A DNA stretch of 64,000 bases from Patescibacteria group bacterium (GCA_041653215.1 JBAZFW010000001.1:19202-83201); one strand, 5' to 3'. Shown: positions 25,441 through 35,626, counted from the first letter of the stretch. Notes: generated by a model from the letters alone, not told the origin. Made by a program: numbers and translations.

Positions 25441-26004
25441 ATGAAAAATAAAAAAGTTATTGCTATTATCGGAATGGCCGGATCGGGCAAATCAGCCGCG
25501 GTTAATTATTTGCAACAAAAATATGGTTGGCCTAAAGTTTATTTAGGTCAAGCTACTTTTGATAGATTAAAAAAAGAAGGCTTAACTTTAAATTATACTA
25601 ACGAAAGAATTATTAGGGAAAAAATAAGACGAGAACTAGGTATGGATGCTTATGCTAAATTAGCATTACCCGGGGTTGCTAAATTACTAAAAACTGCTAA
25701 AATTATCTTAATCGAAAGCCTTTATAGCTGGGGCGAATATAAAATATTTAAGAAAAAATACGGAGAAAACTTTCTCGCTATAGCCATAACCGCTCCGTCA
25801 AAAATAAGATTAAAAAGACTAAAAACCAGATCAATTCGCCCCATAAAAACCGCGGCTGAATTAACTAAACGAGATTTTACAGAAATTGAAGGAACGGATA
25901 AAGGCGGGCCAATTGCCGTAGCTGATTACACTATAATTAATAACGGCTCAAAAGAAAAATTAGAAAAAAATATTGATTTAATTATTAAAGAAATTAATAA
26001 ATAA
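25441..26004 (+). CDS. P-loop nucleoside/nucleotide kinase-like protein
   Basis: Walker A 'GMAGSGKSAA'; size and context suggest a (d)NMP or nucleoside kinase; specificity unknown. Confidence 0.55.
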   Translation: MKNKKVIAIIGMAGSGKSAAVNYLQQKYGWPKVYLGQATFDRLKKEGLTLNYTNERIIREKIRRELGMDAYAKLALPGVAKLLKTAKIILIESLYSWGEYKIFKKKYGENFLAIAITAPSKIRLKRLKTRSIRPIKTAAELTKRDFTEIEGTDKGGPIAVADYTIINNGSKEKLEKNIDLIIKEINK

Positions 26005-26060
26005 TTTTAATAACATAAATTTCGCTAGTTAAGGAGGAGTGCCCGAAGAGCACTCTTTTA

Positions 26061-27128
26061 TTGTCTATCAATATGACGACAACCCAAGGAAAATTTATAG
26101 TCATTGACGGCATAGATGGTTCTGGTAAGTCAACCCAAACTAAACTTTTGGCTGAAAGGCTGATGCAGTTTGGCTTTGATGTTAAAATAGCCGACTTCCC
26201 TCAATACAATACTAAATCAGCCGGCTTAGTTGAAGAATATTTAAGCGGTAAATACGGTTCGCTAGAAAAAGTCGGTCCTTATCGCGCTTCTATTTTTTAC
26301 GCCTGCGATCGCTATGACGCTAGTTTTAAAATAAAAAAATGGTTGGCGGAAGGTAAAATAGTTATCTCTAACCGTTATGTTACAGCCAATATGGGACATC
26401 AGGGAGGAAAAATTAAAAATCCACTAGAAAGAAAACATTTTTTTGATTGGCTGTTTCAACTTGAATATGAAATTTTTAATATACCAAAACCTGATTTAAA
26501 TATTATTCTTCATTTAGATCCAGAAGTTGCCAAAACTTTAGCCGACAGAAGGCAAAGACAAGACTGGTTAGAAAAAACTAATGACATTCATCAGAATGAT
26601 TTAGCTCATCTTAAAAAAGCCGAGCAAATTTATTTGCAAATTGCCAAAATTTATCAAAATTGCGTTGTCATTGAATGCGCCGACCCAAAAGGCATTTTAC
26701 CGCCAACCGAAATAAATAATTTAATTTGGCAACAAGTTATAAATAAACTTAAAATTTTCTCTCAAGCTTCAACAGAAAATAAAGCAAAAAGAAAAATGAT
26801 AATTGAACGCTTATTACCAACCGCTTTTATGCCGACCCGAGCCGATCATGAACAACCGCTATTTAATCTATATTCAGCCATCGGCATCGCAATAGCTCCG
26901 GGCAAAAGCGCGAGCGTAAGAATCGGTTTAAAAATTTATCTGCCTAAAAATTATAATGGTTTAATTTTAGATTATCCGCCCAATCTGCAAAATAATTTAA
27001 TTACTTCAAAAAATAAAATTAGTTATGAAACCACCTCGGAAATTATTATTCATCTAACTAACCATAGCAACCAGCCAATAGCTATTCCGGCCGGACAAAA
27101 AATTGCGCAAATGTTGATAATTGGTTAA
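26061..27128 (+). CDS. tmk: thymidylate kinase fused to a degenerate dUTPase-like C-terminal domain
   Basis: N-terminal 'FIVIDGIDGSGKSTQ', 'DRY', 'SNRYVTANMGHQ'. The C-terminal ~110 aa keep 'IPAGQKIAQMLI' (dUTPase motif 4-like) but lack motifs 1, 3 and 5. The start may be ATG 26073. Confidence 0.75.
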   Translation: MSINMTTTQGKFIVIDGIDGSGKSTQTKLLAERLMQFGFDVKIADFPQYNTKSAGLVEEYLSGKYGSLEKVGPYRASIFYACDRYDASFKIKKWLAEGKIVISNRYVTANMGHQGGKIKNPLERKHFFDWLFQLEYEIFNIPKPDLNIILHLDPEVAKTLADRRQRQDWLEKTNDIHQNDLAHLKKAEQIYLQIAKIYQNCVVIECADPKGILPPTEINNLIWQQVINKLKIFSQASTENKAKRKMIIERLLPTAFMPTRADHEQPLFNLYSAIGIAIAPGKSASVRIGLKIYLPKNYNGLILDYPPNLQNNLITSKNKISYETTSEIIIHLTNHSNQPIAIPAGQKIAQMLIIG

Positions 27129-27137
27129 AATGACAAT

Positions 27138-28673
27138 ATGCAATACGACATAATTATCGGCCTGGAAATCCATGCTGAACTAAAAACTAAATCAAAAATG
27201 TTCTGCGAATGCCCGCTTCGCCATAGCGACAGCGAGGCGAGCAATAATGACGCGCAGGGCAAAAAACCGAATACTACGGTTTGCCCGATTTGCATGGCGC
27301 ATCCCGGGACTCTGCCAATACCTAATAAGCAAGCAATTGAATGGACGATTTTAATCGGCCTAGCTTTAAATTGTAAAATTAACGAACTATCTAAATTTGA
27401 TAGAAAAAATTATTTTTATCCTGATTTGCCTAAAGGTTATCAAATTTCCCAATATGATTTGCCAATCGCTTATGACGGTTTTTTAGAAGTTGACGATAAA
27501 CCGGTTTTAGTAACAAGAATTCATTTAGAAGAAGATACGGGAAAATTAATTCACCCAGCCGGAAAAAAATATTCTTTAGTAGATTATAATCGCGCCGGTA
27601 CGCCGTTAATTGAATTAGTAACCGAACCGGTTATTCGAGATGCGGCCACGGCCAAAAAATTCGCGATAGAGTATCAGCAAATTTTAAGATTTTTAGATAT
27701 TTCTAACGCGGACATGGAAAAAGGAGAAATGAGATGCGAAGCTAATATCAGCGTGCAGGAAAAAGGAAAATGGAAATATGAAAATGGACAAATTTTACCA
27801 ATCGGAAATTATAAATTAAATCCAAAAGTAGAACTAAAAAATATAAATTCTTTTAGATACATGGAAAAGGCCGTTGATTATGAGATTAAACGGCAGATTA
27901 AAGCTTTAGAAACACAAGAAAAATTAGTTCAGGAAACTCGCGGCTGGAATAATGATAAAGGCATAACTTTTAGCCAACGCGTAAAAGAAACTTCGGCTGA
28001 CTATCGTTATTTTCCTGAACCGGATATTCCGCCACTTAAAATTAACCAAAAATGGGTTGATAAAATTAAAGCTGGTATGAACGAATTACCGGCTCAAAAA
28101 ATAAAACGATTCCGCGATGAATATTGTTTTTCTGATAATGAAGCGGAAATTCTAGCTGGTGATAAAGCTTTGGCCGGTTATACCGAAAAAGTAATTTCTG
28201 AACTACGGGCTTGGGTTGATTCGACTGGCGATGACTGGGAAAGACAAAAACATAAATTAGCCAAAACCTCGGCCAACTGGTTAATAAATGAATTATTTAA
28301 ACATTTAAAAACTAACGGTCAAAATATAGACCAATTAAAAATCACTCCAGAAAATTTTGCCGAATTAATTTGTCTAATTTATCAGGATAAAATAAATTCT
28401 TCAGCCGCCCAAACCATCCTTGAATATATGTATAAAAAAGGCGGCGACCCGACCGATATTATGGCTGATTTAAAATTAGAACAGCTTGATGATAAAGAAG
28501 CTTTAGAAAAAATTATTGCCGAAATAAGTTTAAAAAACCAAAAACAGGTTGAAGAATATAAAGCCGGCAAAGCTAATGTCTTACAATTTTTAGTTGGACA
28601 AGTTATGGCCGCTACTAAAGGCAAAGCTAACCCAAAAATAGTAATAGAATTATTAAAAAAATCGCTAAAATAA
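27138..28673 (+). CDS. gatB: Asp/Glu-tRNA(Asn/Gln) amidotransferase subunit B
   Basis: 'IIGLEIHAEL', 'PNTTVCPICMAHPGTLP', 'YFYPDLPKGYQISQ', 'RIHLEEDTGK', C-terminal YqeY-like tail. Confidence 0.95.
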   Translation: MQYDIIIGLEIHAELKTKSKMFCECPLRHSDSEASNNDAQGKKPNTTVCPICMAHPGTLPIPNKQAIEWTILIGLALNCKINELSKFDRKNYFYPDLPKGYQISQYDLPIAYDGFLEVDDKPVLVTRIHLEEDTGKLIHPAGKKYSLVDYNRAGTPLIELVTEPVIRDAATAKKFAIEYQQILRFLDISNADMEKGEMRCEANISVQEKGKWKYENGQILPIGNYKLNPKVELKNINSFRYMEKAVDYEIKRQIKALETQEKLVQETRGWNNDKGITFSQRVKETSADYRYFPEPDIPPLKINQKWVDKIKAGMNELPAQKIKRFRDEYCFSDNEAEILAGDKALAGYTEKVISELRAWVDSTGDDWERQKHKLAKTSANWLINELFKHLKTNGQNIDQLKITPENFAELICLIYQDKINSSAAQTILEYMYKKGGDPTDIMADLKLEQLDDKEALEKIIAEISLKNQKQVEEYKAGKANVLQFLVGQVMAATKGKANPKIVIELLKKSLK

Positions 28674-28694
28674 GAGAAAAAATAGATAAACCTA

Positions 28695-28723
28695 TTGACA
28701 ATATATTATTTATATGATATAAT
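28695..28723 (+). promoter_or_regulatory. consensus sigma70-type promoter
   Basis: TTGACA - 17 nt - TATAAT. Confidence 0.65.
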
Positions 28724-28752
28724 ATAATAATTAATAAAATAACTTTATATTT

Positions 28753-29037
28753 ATGATGGAAATAAGAAAAGAGCAACCTCTTAGCGCTCACGAAAATCTT
28801 CTTAATTATTTAGCTGGAGAAGCTAAAAAATCAATTGGTGGTAAAGATATGCCCGAAGGACAAGTTGAAAATTATTTTAAAACAATTGATAACATGTTAC
28901 TGGATAAAGCGCAAAAAGAAGAACTAATTGAATTTATCCAAAACATAGAAAGCGGCAAGCTTAATGAGCCAGAAAGAAATAAGCAAATAGTTGAAGAAAT
29001 CATAAGACAAGCCAACTACGAAAATAATTTGAATTAA
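28753..29037 (+). CDS. hypothetical acidic helical protein
   Basis: ORF with a consensus promoter and a downstream hairpin terminator (29052-29080). Confidence 0.5.
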   Translation: MMEIRKEQPLSAHENLLNYLAGEAKKSIGGKDMPEGQVENYFKTIDNMLLDKAQKEELIEFIQNIESGKLNEPERNKQIVEEIIRQANYENNLN

Positions 29038-29078
29038 CAGTAATAATAAAAAAAGGGGCTTTATTTATAAAGCTCCTT

Positions 29079-29417
29079 TTATGTTGGTCGCTGAAAACCA
29101 GCGACTTCGTTTACTTTTAATGCAATGGTCGCAACGATGTTAATTATCTCCTTATTTTGTTGCAGCACCTCCGCGAAGGCGACACAGGAAATAAGTTTGA
29201 TAAATGCTTCCTTTCTTTCCCCCATCCAGTTGTAATCAATCTTGATCTTTTTATATTCTCCAGCCTGTAAAAAATCGTAGATGTATTCACAATCCGCTGA
29301 AGAAATATCAGAAAAATTATTTTCTTCGAAAAAATTGATTAACAATCTCTTAATTTGGCCATTAATTAAGCCATCTTCCTCTACCTTGTCTAGCAAATCT
29401 AGAATATTCTCCAGCAA
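29079..29417 (-). CDS. hypothetical protein (TTG start, SD GGGAGGTG)
   Basis: A strong SD precedes the TTG at 29417; no motif recognised. Confidence 0.5.
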   Translation of the reverse strand: MLENILDLLDKVEEDGLINGQIKRLLINFFEENNFSDISSADCEYIYDFLQAGEYKKIKIDYNWMGERKEAFIKLISCVAFAEVLQQNKEIINIVATIALKVNEVAGFQRPT

Positions 29418-29620
29418 TTATATCACCTCCCTCGTTTTTTATATTTTTTATATTTCAAAGAGCAAAAATCATTTTTGCACTTCAAAAGATTCTAGCATAA
29501 TTAATCATAAAAGTCAATATAAAGAACATCCAAAGAAAACACATTAACCTTGTCTGAGCTGTGCATAAATAAAATACCAGTATATAAGCTATGCTGGTAT
29601 TTTATTTAAAATTAGCTAAT

Positions 29621-29769
29621 TTGACAGATTTTCTAAGAGTGGTATCATAAGGATAATGTATAAAATTAAATTCACCAAAATAAAATCATATACTTGCTTG
29701 GACTTAATGTTCGAGAGGAAAAATATTTTTTAAAAAAATTCCCCATTCTAACGAATGGGGAATTTTTTT
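29621..29769 (+). ncRNA. candidate small transcription unit (promoter to terminator, ~115-nt RNA; contains a 25-codon ORF at 29656-29733)
   Basis: TTGACA-16-TATCAT at 29621-29648; perfect hairpin aattccccatt-ctaacg-aatggggaatt plus T7 at 29738-29769; ORF MYKIKFTKIKSYTCLDLMFERKNIF. Confidence 0.3.
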
Positions 29770-29838
29770 AGGAAGTAATAATAACGAAATAATAATAAAA
29801 ACAAAAACAACGAACATTTTAACGAAGAAGGAGGGGTT

Positions 29839-30273
29839 ATGATTTGTCCATACTTAAAGTTTTGTGTTTTGGGCGGAAGCGGCTGCGATGATGGAAAAAA
29901 TTGCGGCGAAAAAATGAGACTCGATGATCTGGCTCAACAGAAGTGCCAAATTATGCTTAACCTTAACCAAACAGCTGACAAAAAAGTTGACGAAAAGTTA
30001 TGCGAATGCGATGTGCCTTTGTTCCTGAGAGCTCTGATTCCGGGTCATGTGTCATGCGCTCAAGGCACTCAATGTATCTTCGCAAAATATTTTCCTCAGC
30101 TTAGATCACAAGGTTATGCCGGTAAATTAAATTCTCTTACCCGCAAAGAAATCGCACATTTATCGGCGGAAATAAAAACAAAACTCCGCAGTGAATTTCC
30201 CCAACAACAATTAAAACTTGGGGACACCGCCAAGGAAGGCCAAGGCAGTTTTACTTTTGCCGCCGCAACGTAA
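29839..30273 (+). CDS. Cys-rich hypothetical protein (SD-bearing, higher GC)
   Basis: SD GAAGGAGGGG; 11 Cys, including 'CPYLKFC', 'CDDGKNC' and 'CECD'. Confidence 0.5.
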   Translation: MICPYLKFCVLGGSGCDDGKNCGEKMRLDDLAQQKCQIMLNLNQTADKKVDEKLCECDVPLFLRALIPGHVSCAQGTQCIFAKYFPQLRSQGYAGKLNSLTRKEIAHLSAEIKTKLRSEFPQQQLKLGDTAKEGQGSFTFAAAT

Positions 30274-30328
30274 TAAACGGCGACATACAAATTAAAAAAG
30301 GGTTGCATTAAAGCAACCCTTCTTTTTT

Positions 30329-31237
30329 TTATTTTAAAAATGTTTTTACTAATTTTTCAATCTTCTTATCATCTTTTAACCAATTTATTTTTGCGCCTTG
30401 CTTTTCCCAGCGTTTAAACCAAGTTAGCTGCCGTTTAGCAAATTGATAAATTGCGATGTTTAATTTTTCCACCATCTCATCGTATTGTAATTTATTTTGT
30501 AAATACAAAGCGATAAATCTATATTCTAGACCAAACTCTTCTAATTTTTTCCAACTTAATCCCCTTTTACGTAATTTTTCTATCTCCCCTATCATATTTT
30601 GTTCTTTCAATCTTTGTATTAATCTTTTAAAAATTCTTTGCTGCAAAATTTCGCGCGAAATATTTACGCCGATAAGTAAAACCTGATATTTTTTCTTGCC
30701 TAATCGGCTTTTAAAATTTTTATCTTGGCCTAAAATTTCTAAATATCTAATTAAACGGCGCTTATTATTTTTATCGCTTTGATTAAGTTTAGCCGCCATT
30801 TTCGGAGCAAGCTTTTCTAATTTTTTAAATAATTCTAGAGCGCTTAATTTATCTAATTTTTTTCTTAAAACTAAATCGCTTTTTATGTCTGATAATCTAT
30901 AATTATCTATTACGGCCTGCAAATATAGACCGCTGCCGCCGGCTAAAATCGGCAGTTTACCTCGTTTTAAAATGCCGTCGATGGCTTTAAATGCCGCTTC
31001 CTGATACTTTGCCAGGTCAAACCTAATCTTAGGGCTTACCACGTCAATTAAGTGATATGGCACGCTATATTCGCTTAAATCTTTGCCTGTACCAATATCC
31101 ATGCCGCGATAAACCTGGCGCGAATCAGCGCTAACGATTTCGCCGTTAAATTTCTCGGCCAACTTAACCGCTAGGCTTGTCTTACCGCTAGCCGTTGGTC
31201 CTAAAATTACTAAAATTTTATTTTCCACTTTTTTCAT
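30329..31237 (-). CDS. miaA: tRNA dimethylallyltransferase
   Basis: 'ILGPTASGKTSLAV', 'EIVSADSRQVYRGMDIGT'. Confidence 0.93.
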   Translation of the reverse strand: MKKVENKILVILGPTASGKTSLAVKLAEKFNGEIVSADSRQVYRGMDIGTGKDLSEYSVPYHLIDVVSPKIRFDLAKYQEAAFKAIDGILKRGKLPILAGGSGLYLQAVIDNYRLSDIKSDLVLRKKLDKLSALELFKKLEKLAPKMAAKLNQSDKNNKRRLIRYLEILGQDKNFKSRLGKKKYQVLLIGVNISREILQQRIFKRLIQRLKEQNMIGEIEKLRKRGLSWKKLEEFGLEYRFIALYLQNKLQYDEMVEKLNIAIYQFAKRQLTWFKRWEKQGAKINWLKDDKKIEKLVKTFLK

Positions 31238-32474
31238 AATTTATAATTTCGCCTTCAAGACCAAAATCTTTAGCTTTAATAATTTTTACATCAACAAATT
31301 TACCAATTAAATTATCTTTATTATTTTTCGCTATAAACTTAACATTTTTTTCTGTTGCTGTTTTACCGAACCATTCTCCCAACTTGCCCTTACCTTCAAC
31401 TAATAATTTTACATTTTTATCAAGATATTTTTTGTTATTAGCTAACGCCGTTGAACTTAAAATTCTGGTTAATTTATTTTCTCTAACTTTCTTTTCGCTT
31501 AAAGATACATTATCAGTTAATTTAAATGAAGCTGTGCCTGGACGAGGACTATAACGAACGACATAAGCTAAATCAAATTTAGTCTCTTTCATTAATCTAG
31601 CCGTGTTGTTGGATTGTTTTTTAGTTTCACCTGGAAAACCGATAATAATATCCGTAGTAATACTGGAATCTGGCATGGCTTTTCTAATTTTCTTTATTAA
31701 ATTTTTATAATGCGCGACCGTATATTTTCTATTCATTAAAGCCAATATTTTATCATCGCCGGCCTGAATCGGTAGATGAATATGACGACAAACTTTTTTA
31801 GAACCGGCAATAACTTTTATTAATTTATCACTCATGTCTTTAGGATGGCTAGTAATAAATCTAATCCAAAAATCACCTTTAATTTCATCAACCATTTTTA
31901 ATAAATCAGCAAAATCAATTTTGCCTGACTTATAACTATTTACATTTTGCGCGATTAAAACAATTTCTTTATAATCATTTTTAACTAATTTTTTAACTTC
32001 AGCTAATATCTCTTTAGCCGGCCGGCAAACTTCTCTGCCCCTAGCATAAGGCACGACACAATAAGAACAAAAATTATTGCAGCCATTGCCAATCGGCACA
32101 TAGGCAGAAAATTTAGATTCGTATTTTGGTTCTATTTTTAAATAATCATTAGGGCACTTTGAATTCGTTATTTCATTAATCGGCTTCCAGACGTCTACAT
32201 ATTTTTTTAGTCTGTTTTTTACATCTTTTCTATTTACTAAACATCCGGTTAAAATTATTTTCGTCTTTTTATTAGCTTTTTTTATGGCTGGGATTAAGCC
32301 ATAAATTCTATCTTCGGCCATTTGCCTAATGCCGCAAGTATTAACCACAACTAAATCAGACTGATATTTTTTATCAGTCTTTTTATGACCTTGCTTCTCC
32401 AATAAACTAGCTATTCTTTCACTATCAGATTTATTCATCTGGCAGCCTATGGTAATGATATGATAAGTTTTCAT
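31218..32474 (-). CDS. miaB: tRNA-i6A37 methylthiotransferase MiaB
   Basis: 'TIGCQMNKSDSE', 'GCNNFCSYCVVPYARG', TRAM C-terminus; overlaps miaA by 20 nt. Confidence 0.88.
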   Translation of the reverse strand: MKTYHIITIGCQMNKSDSERIASLLEKQGHKKTDKKYQSDLVVVNTCGIRQMAEDRIYGLIPAIKKANKKTKIILTGCLVNRKDVKNRLKKYVDVWKPINEITNSKCPNDYLKIEPKYESKFSAYVPIGNGCNNFCSYCVVPYARGREVCRPAKEILAEVKKLVKNDYKEIVLIAQNVNSYKSGKIDFADLLKMVDEIKGDFWIRFITSHPKDMSDKLIKVIAGSKKVCRHIHLPIQAGDDKILALMNRKYTVAHYKNLIKKIRKAMPDSSITTDIIIGFPGETKKQSNNTARLMKETKFDLAYVVRYSPRPGTASFKLTDNVSLSEKKVRENKLTRILSSTALANNKKYLDKNVKLLVEGKGKLGEWFGKTATEKNVKFIAKNNKDNLIGKFVDVKIIKAKDFGLEGEIINYEKSGK

Positions 32475-32481
32475 AAAAATT

Positions 32482-33558
32482 TTATACCCCTAGCTCTTTT
32501 AATAATTCTCTCTGCTTGCGATTTAACCCAGTCGGTGTTTTAACAATCACTTCAACTAAATGATCGCCGCGTCCGCGTCCGTTTAAATGGGTTACGCCTC
32601 TGCCGCGTAGAATAAAAACTTTACCGGATTGCGTGCCTTCAGGAATTTTTAAATCAACCGGTCCGTCAACGGTCGCAACTTCAATTTTATCGCCTAGAGC
32701 GGCTTGAGAAAAACTAATTTCTGCGCGAGATTTTATGTTAAAGCCGTCTCGCTCAAAACGGCGATCTTGATTAACTCTTATTTTTAAATATAAATCGCCG
32801 GCCTGCGTGCCTTTAGCCGCTTCGCCCTGCCCGGACAATCTTATAGTTTCTCCATTATCTATGCCGGCTGGAATTTTAATTTTTAAATTAACGATTTGCT
32901 GAGTCACGCCAGCGCCACGGCAAGCTGAACATTTTTCTTTAAATATTTTTCCTTCGCCGCCGCAATCCTCGCAAGTCGCTTGCATTTGCATGTTACCTAA
33001 AATCGTTCGTTGAACTTTTATAACGCGCCCCTTACCGCCGCAGGTTTTACAAGTTATAACTTCGGTGCCTGGTTCTCTGCCTTCGCCATCACACTTAGAA
33101 CATTTTACCGTTTTCTTTAAACTTATTTCTTTTTCTACGCCGAAAACCGCTTCGTTAAAATCAATGGTTAAAGCTACCTGAATATCATGACCGCGCCTAG
33201 CGCTTCTTTGCCTTGAACCGCCGCCGCCAAAACCGAATATATCGCCAAAGCCTCCCATAATATCGCCTAAATCATCCATATTAATATTAAAGCCGCCGTT
33301 AAAGCCGTCAAAACCCCCGAACCCTTGCGCACCACCGGCTTGACCATTTTGAAAAGCCGAACCAAATTGATCGTATTGGGATCGTTTTTTAGAGTCGCTT
33401 AAAACTTGATAGGCTTCGTTGATTTCTTTAAATTTGGCCTCATCACCGCTTTTTTTATCAGGATGATGCTCGTGCGCTAATTTACGAAAAGCTTTTTTAA
33501 TCTCATCAGCCGAAGCACTTTTATTTACACCGAGTATATTGTAATAGTCTTTAGACAT
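32482..33558 (-). CDS. dnaJ: chaperone DnaJ
   Basis: J domain 'DYYNILGV...HHPDK', G/F region, 4x CxxCxGxG. Confidence 0.97.
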   Translation of the reverse strand: MSKDYYNILGVNKSASADEIKKAFRKLAHEHHPDKKSGDEAKFKEINEAYQVLSDSKKRSQYDQFGSAFQNGQAGGAQGFGGFDGFNGGFNINMDDLGDIMGGFGDIFGFGGGGSRQRSARRGHDIQVALTIDFNEAVFGVEKEISLKKTVKCSKCDGEGREPGTEVITCKTCGGKGRVIKVQRTILGNMQMQATCEDCGGEGKIFKEKCSACRGAGVTQQIVNLKIKIPAGIDNGETIRLSGQGEAAKGTQAGDLYLKIRVNQDRRFERDGFNIKSRAEISFSQAALGDKIEVATVDGPVDLKIPEGTQSGKVFILRGRGVTHLNGRGRGDHLVEVIVKTPTGLNRKQRELLKELGV

Positions 33559-33654
33559 ATTAATTCAAACATTAAACTTATCAGCGGAGCCCCGCTAAAT
33601 CGCGAGCGCTCCGCCTATTTAATTTTATATTTTCACGTTCCTGCCGCTAGCTCC

Positions 33655-33682
33655 TAGATTGCGGGTCAAGCCCGCAATGACA
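33655..33682. repeat. short REP-like hairpin
   Basis: TAGATTGCGGG tcaa GCCCGCAATGACA. Confidence 0.7.
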
Positions 33683-33690
33683 AAGTTTAT

Positions 33691-35607
33691 TTACTTTTTT
33701 TCCGTAAATTCCCCTTCAATCGGTCCTTCATCTTTCTTAGGTTCTCCGGCTCCGCCTTGTTCGGCCCCTGACTGCGCTCCAGCTTGAGCGCCAGGTTGCG
33801 CGCCTTGCGCCGACTGATACATAGCCGCTCCGATTCTTTGCGCGACAGTATTTAATGCTTCAAGTTTCTTTTTTATTTCATCAATCTGATCGCCATCTTT
33901 AGCTTTTTTCAAATCTTCAATTTTATCTTGTAATTCTTTTAAATCTTCTGGTTTTATTTTATCACCGGCATCTTTAATTAATTTTTCCGTCTGGAAGATT
34001 ACGGCTTCAGCCTGATTTTTCGTTTCAATTTGCTCTCTTTTTTTCTTATCTTCTTCGGCGTGAAGTTCAGCTTCTTTTTTCATCTTTTCCACTTCTTCTT
34101 TATTTAAACCTGACGACGCGGTAATGGTAATTTTCTGTTCTTTATTAGTCGCCTTGTCTTTAGCTTTAACATTTAAAATGCCATTAGCATCTATATCAAA
34201 ACTAACTTCAACCTGCGGAATGCCGCGAGGCGCTGACGGAATGCCGTCTAAAATAAATCTACCTAAAGTTTTATTGTCTGACGCCATTGGTCTTTCGCCC
34301 TGTAATACATGAATTTCTACGCTGGTTTGGCCATCGGCCGCGGTTGAAAAAATCTGCGACTTTGAAGTCGGGATCGTGGTATTTCGATCAATTAATGGCG
34401 TAGCTACACCGCCCAAAGTTTCAATGCCTAAAGTTAATGGCGTAACGTCTAAAAGTAAAACGTCTTTAACATCGCCCTGTAAAACTCCGGCTTGAACGGC
34501 AGCGCCTAAAGCTACGACTTCGTCCGGATTAACTGTTAAATTCGGTTCTTTACCAAAAAACTCTTTAACTTTTTTCTGGACGAGTGGCATGCGAGTCATG
34601 CCGCCGACTAAAATTACTTCCTGAATATCATTAATGGTAAAACCCGCGTCTTTTAAAGCTGACTGGCAAGGCGCGATAGTTTTTTCAACTAAATCCCCGA
34701 CCAATTCTTCAAGCTTAGCGCGCGTAATTTTCATAACTAAATGTTTCGGTCCGTTAGCATCAGTCGTAATAAACGGCTGATTGATTTCCGTTTCCATAGT
34801 AGTGGATAATTCAATTTTAGCCTTTTCCGCGGCTTCCTTTATTCTTTGTAAAGACAAAGTATCTTTAGACAAATCAATGCCTTGATCTTTTCTAAATTCT
34901 TCAATAATCCAATTAATAATTCTCTGATCAAAATCTTCGCCGCCTAAATGAGTGTCGCCGTTAGTTGACTTCACTTCAACCGTATCAGCCGAAACATCCA
35001 AAATGGAAATATCAAAAGTACCGCCGCCCAAATCGTAAACCGCGATTTGCTCGCCTTTCTTTTTTTCAAAGCCATAAGCTAAAGCCGCGGCCGTCGGTTC
35101 ATTAATAATACGTTTAACGTCCAGCCCAGCGATTTTACCAGCGTCTTTAGTGGCTTGCCTTTGCGAATCGTCAAAATAAGCCGGAACGGTAATAATCGCT
35201 TCGGTGATTGTTTCGCCCAATTTAGCTTCAGCATCGGCTTTTAATTTAGATAAAATCATAGCTGAAATTTCCTGGGGCGTATATTCTTTATCAGACATTT
35301 TTATTTTAACTCCGCCGTTAGCTTTAACTATTTTGTATGGAGAAATTTTAATGTCGCGTTGAACTTCGTCGGATTCAAAACTGCGTCCGATTAAACGCTT
35401 TACCGCGTAAACCGTATTTTCCGGATTAGTAACGGCTTGCCTTTTAGCGGTTAACCCGACTAATCTTTCTCCGTTTTTAGAAATCGCCACGATTGAAGGC
35501 GTAGTTCTATTGCCTTCGGCATTTTCTAAAATTTTCGGCTGTCCGCCTTCAATAATGGCCATAGCCGAATTAGTTGTTCCCAAATCAATACCTAGTATTT
35601 TTGACAT
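33691..35607 (-). CDS. dnaK: chaperone DnaK (Hsp70)
   Basis: 'GIDLGTTNS', 'DLGGGTFD', '[11 protein letters not shown]'. Confidence 0.98.
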   Translation of the reverse strand: MSKILGIDLGTTNSAMAIIEGGQPKILENAEGNRTTPSIVAISKNGERLVGLTAKRQAVTNPENTVYAVKRLIGRSFESDEVQRDIKISPYKIVKANGGVKIKMSDKEYTPQEISAMILSKLKADAEAKLGETITEAIITVPAYFDDSQRQATKDAGKIAGLDVKRIINEPTAAALAYGFEKKKGEQIAVYDLGGGTFDISILDVSADTVEVKSTNGDTHLGGEDFDQRIINWIIEEFRKDQGIDLSKDTLSLQRIKEAAEKAKIELSTTMETEINQPFITTDANGPKHLVMKITRAKLEELVGDLVEKTIAPCQSALKDAGFTINDIQEVILVGGMTRMPLVQKKVKEFFGKEPNLTVNPDEVVALGAAVQAGVLQGDVKDVLLLDVTPLTLGIETLGGVATPLIDRNTTIPTSKSQIFSTAADGQTSVEIHVLQGERPMASDNKTLGRFILDGIPSAPRGIPQVEVSFDIDANGILNVKAKDKATNKEQKITITASSGLNKEEVEKMKKEAELHAEEDKKKREQIETKNQAEAVIFQTEKLIKDAGDKIKPEDLKELQDKIEDLKKAKDGDQIDEIKKKLEALNTVAQRIGAAMYQSAQGAQPGAQAGAQSGAEQGGAGEPKKDEGPIEGEFTEKK

Positions 35608-35626
35608 AATATTTTTTATTTATTAA

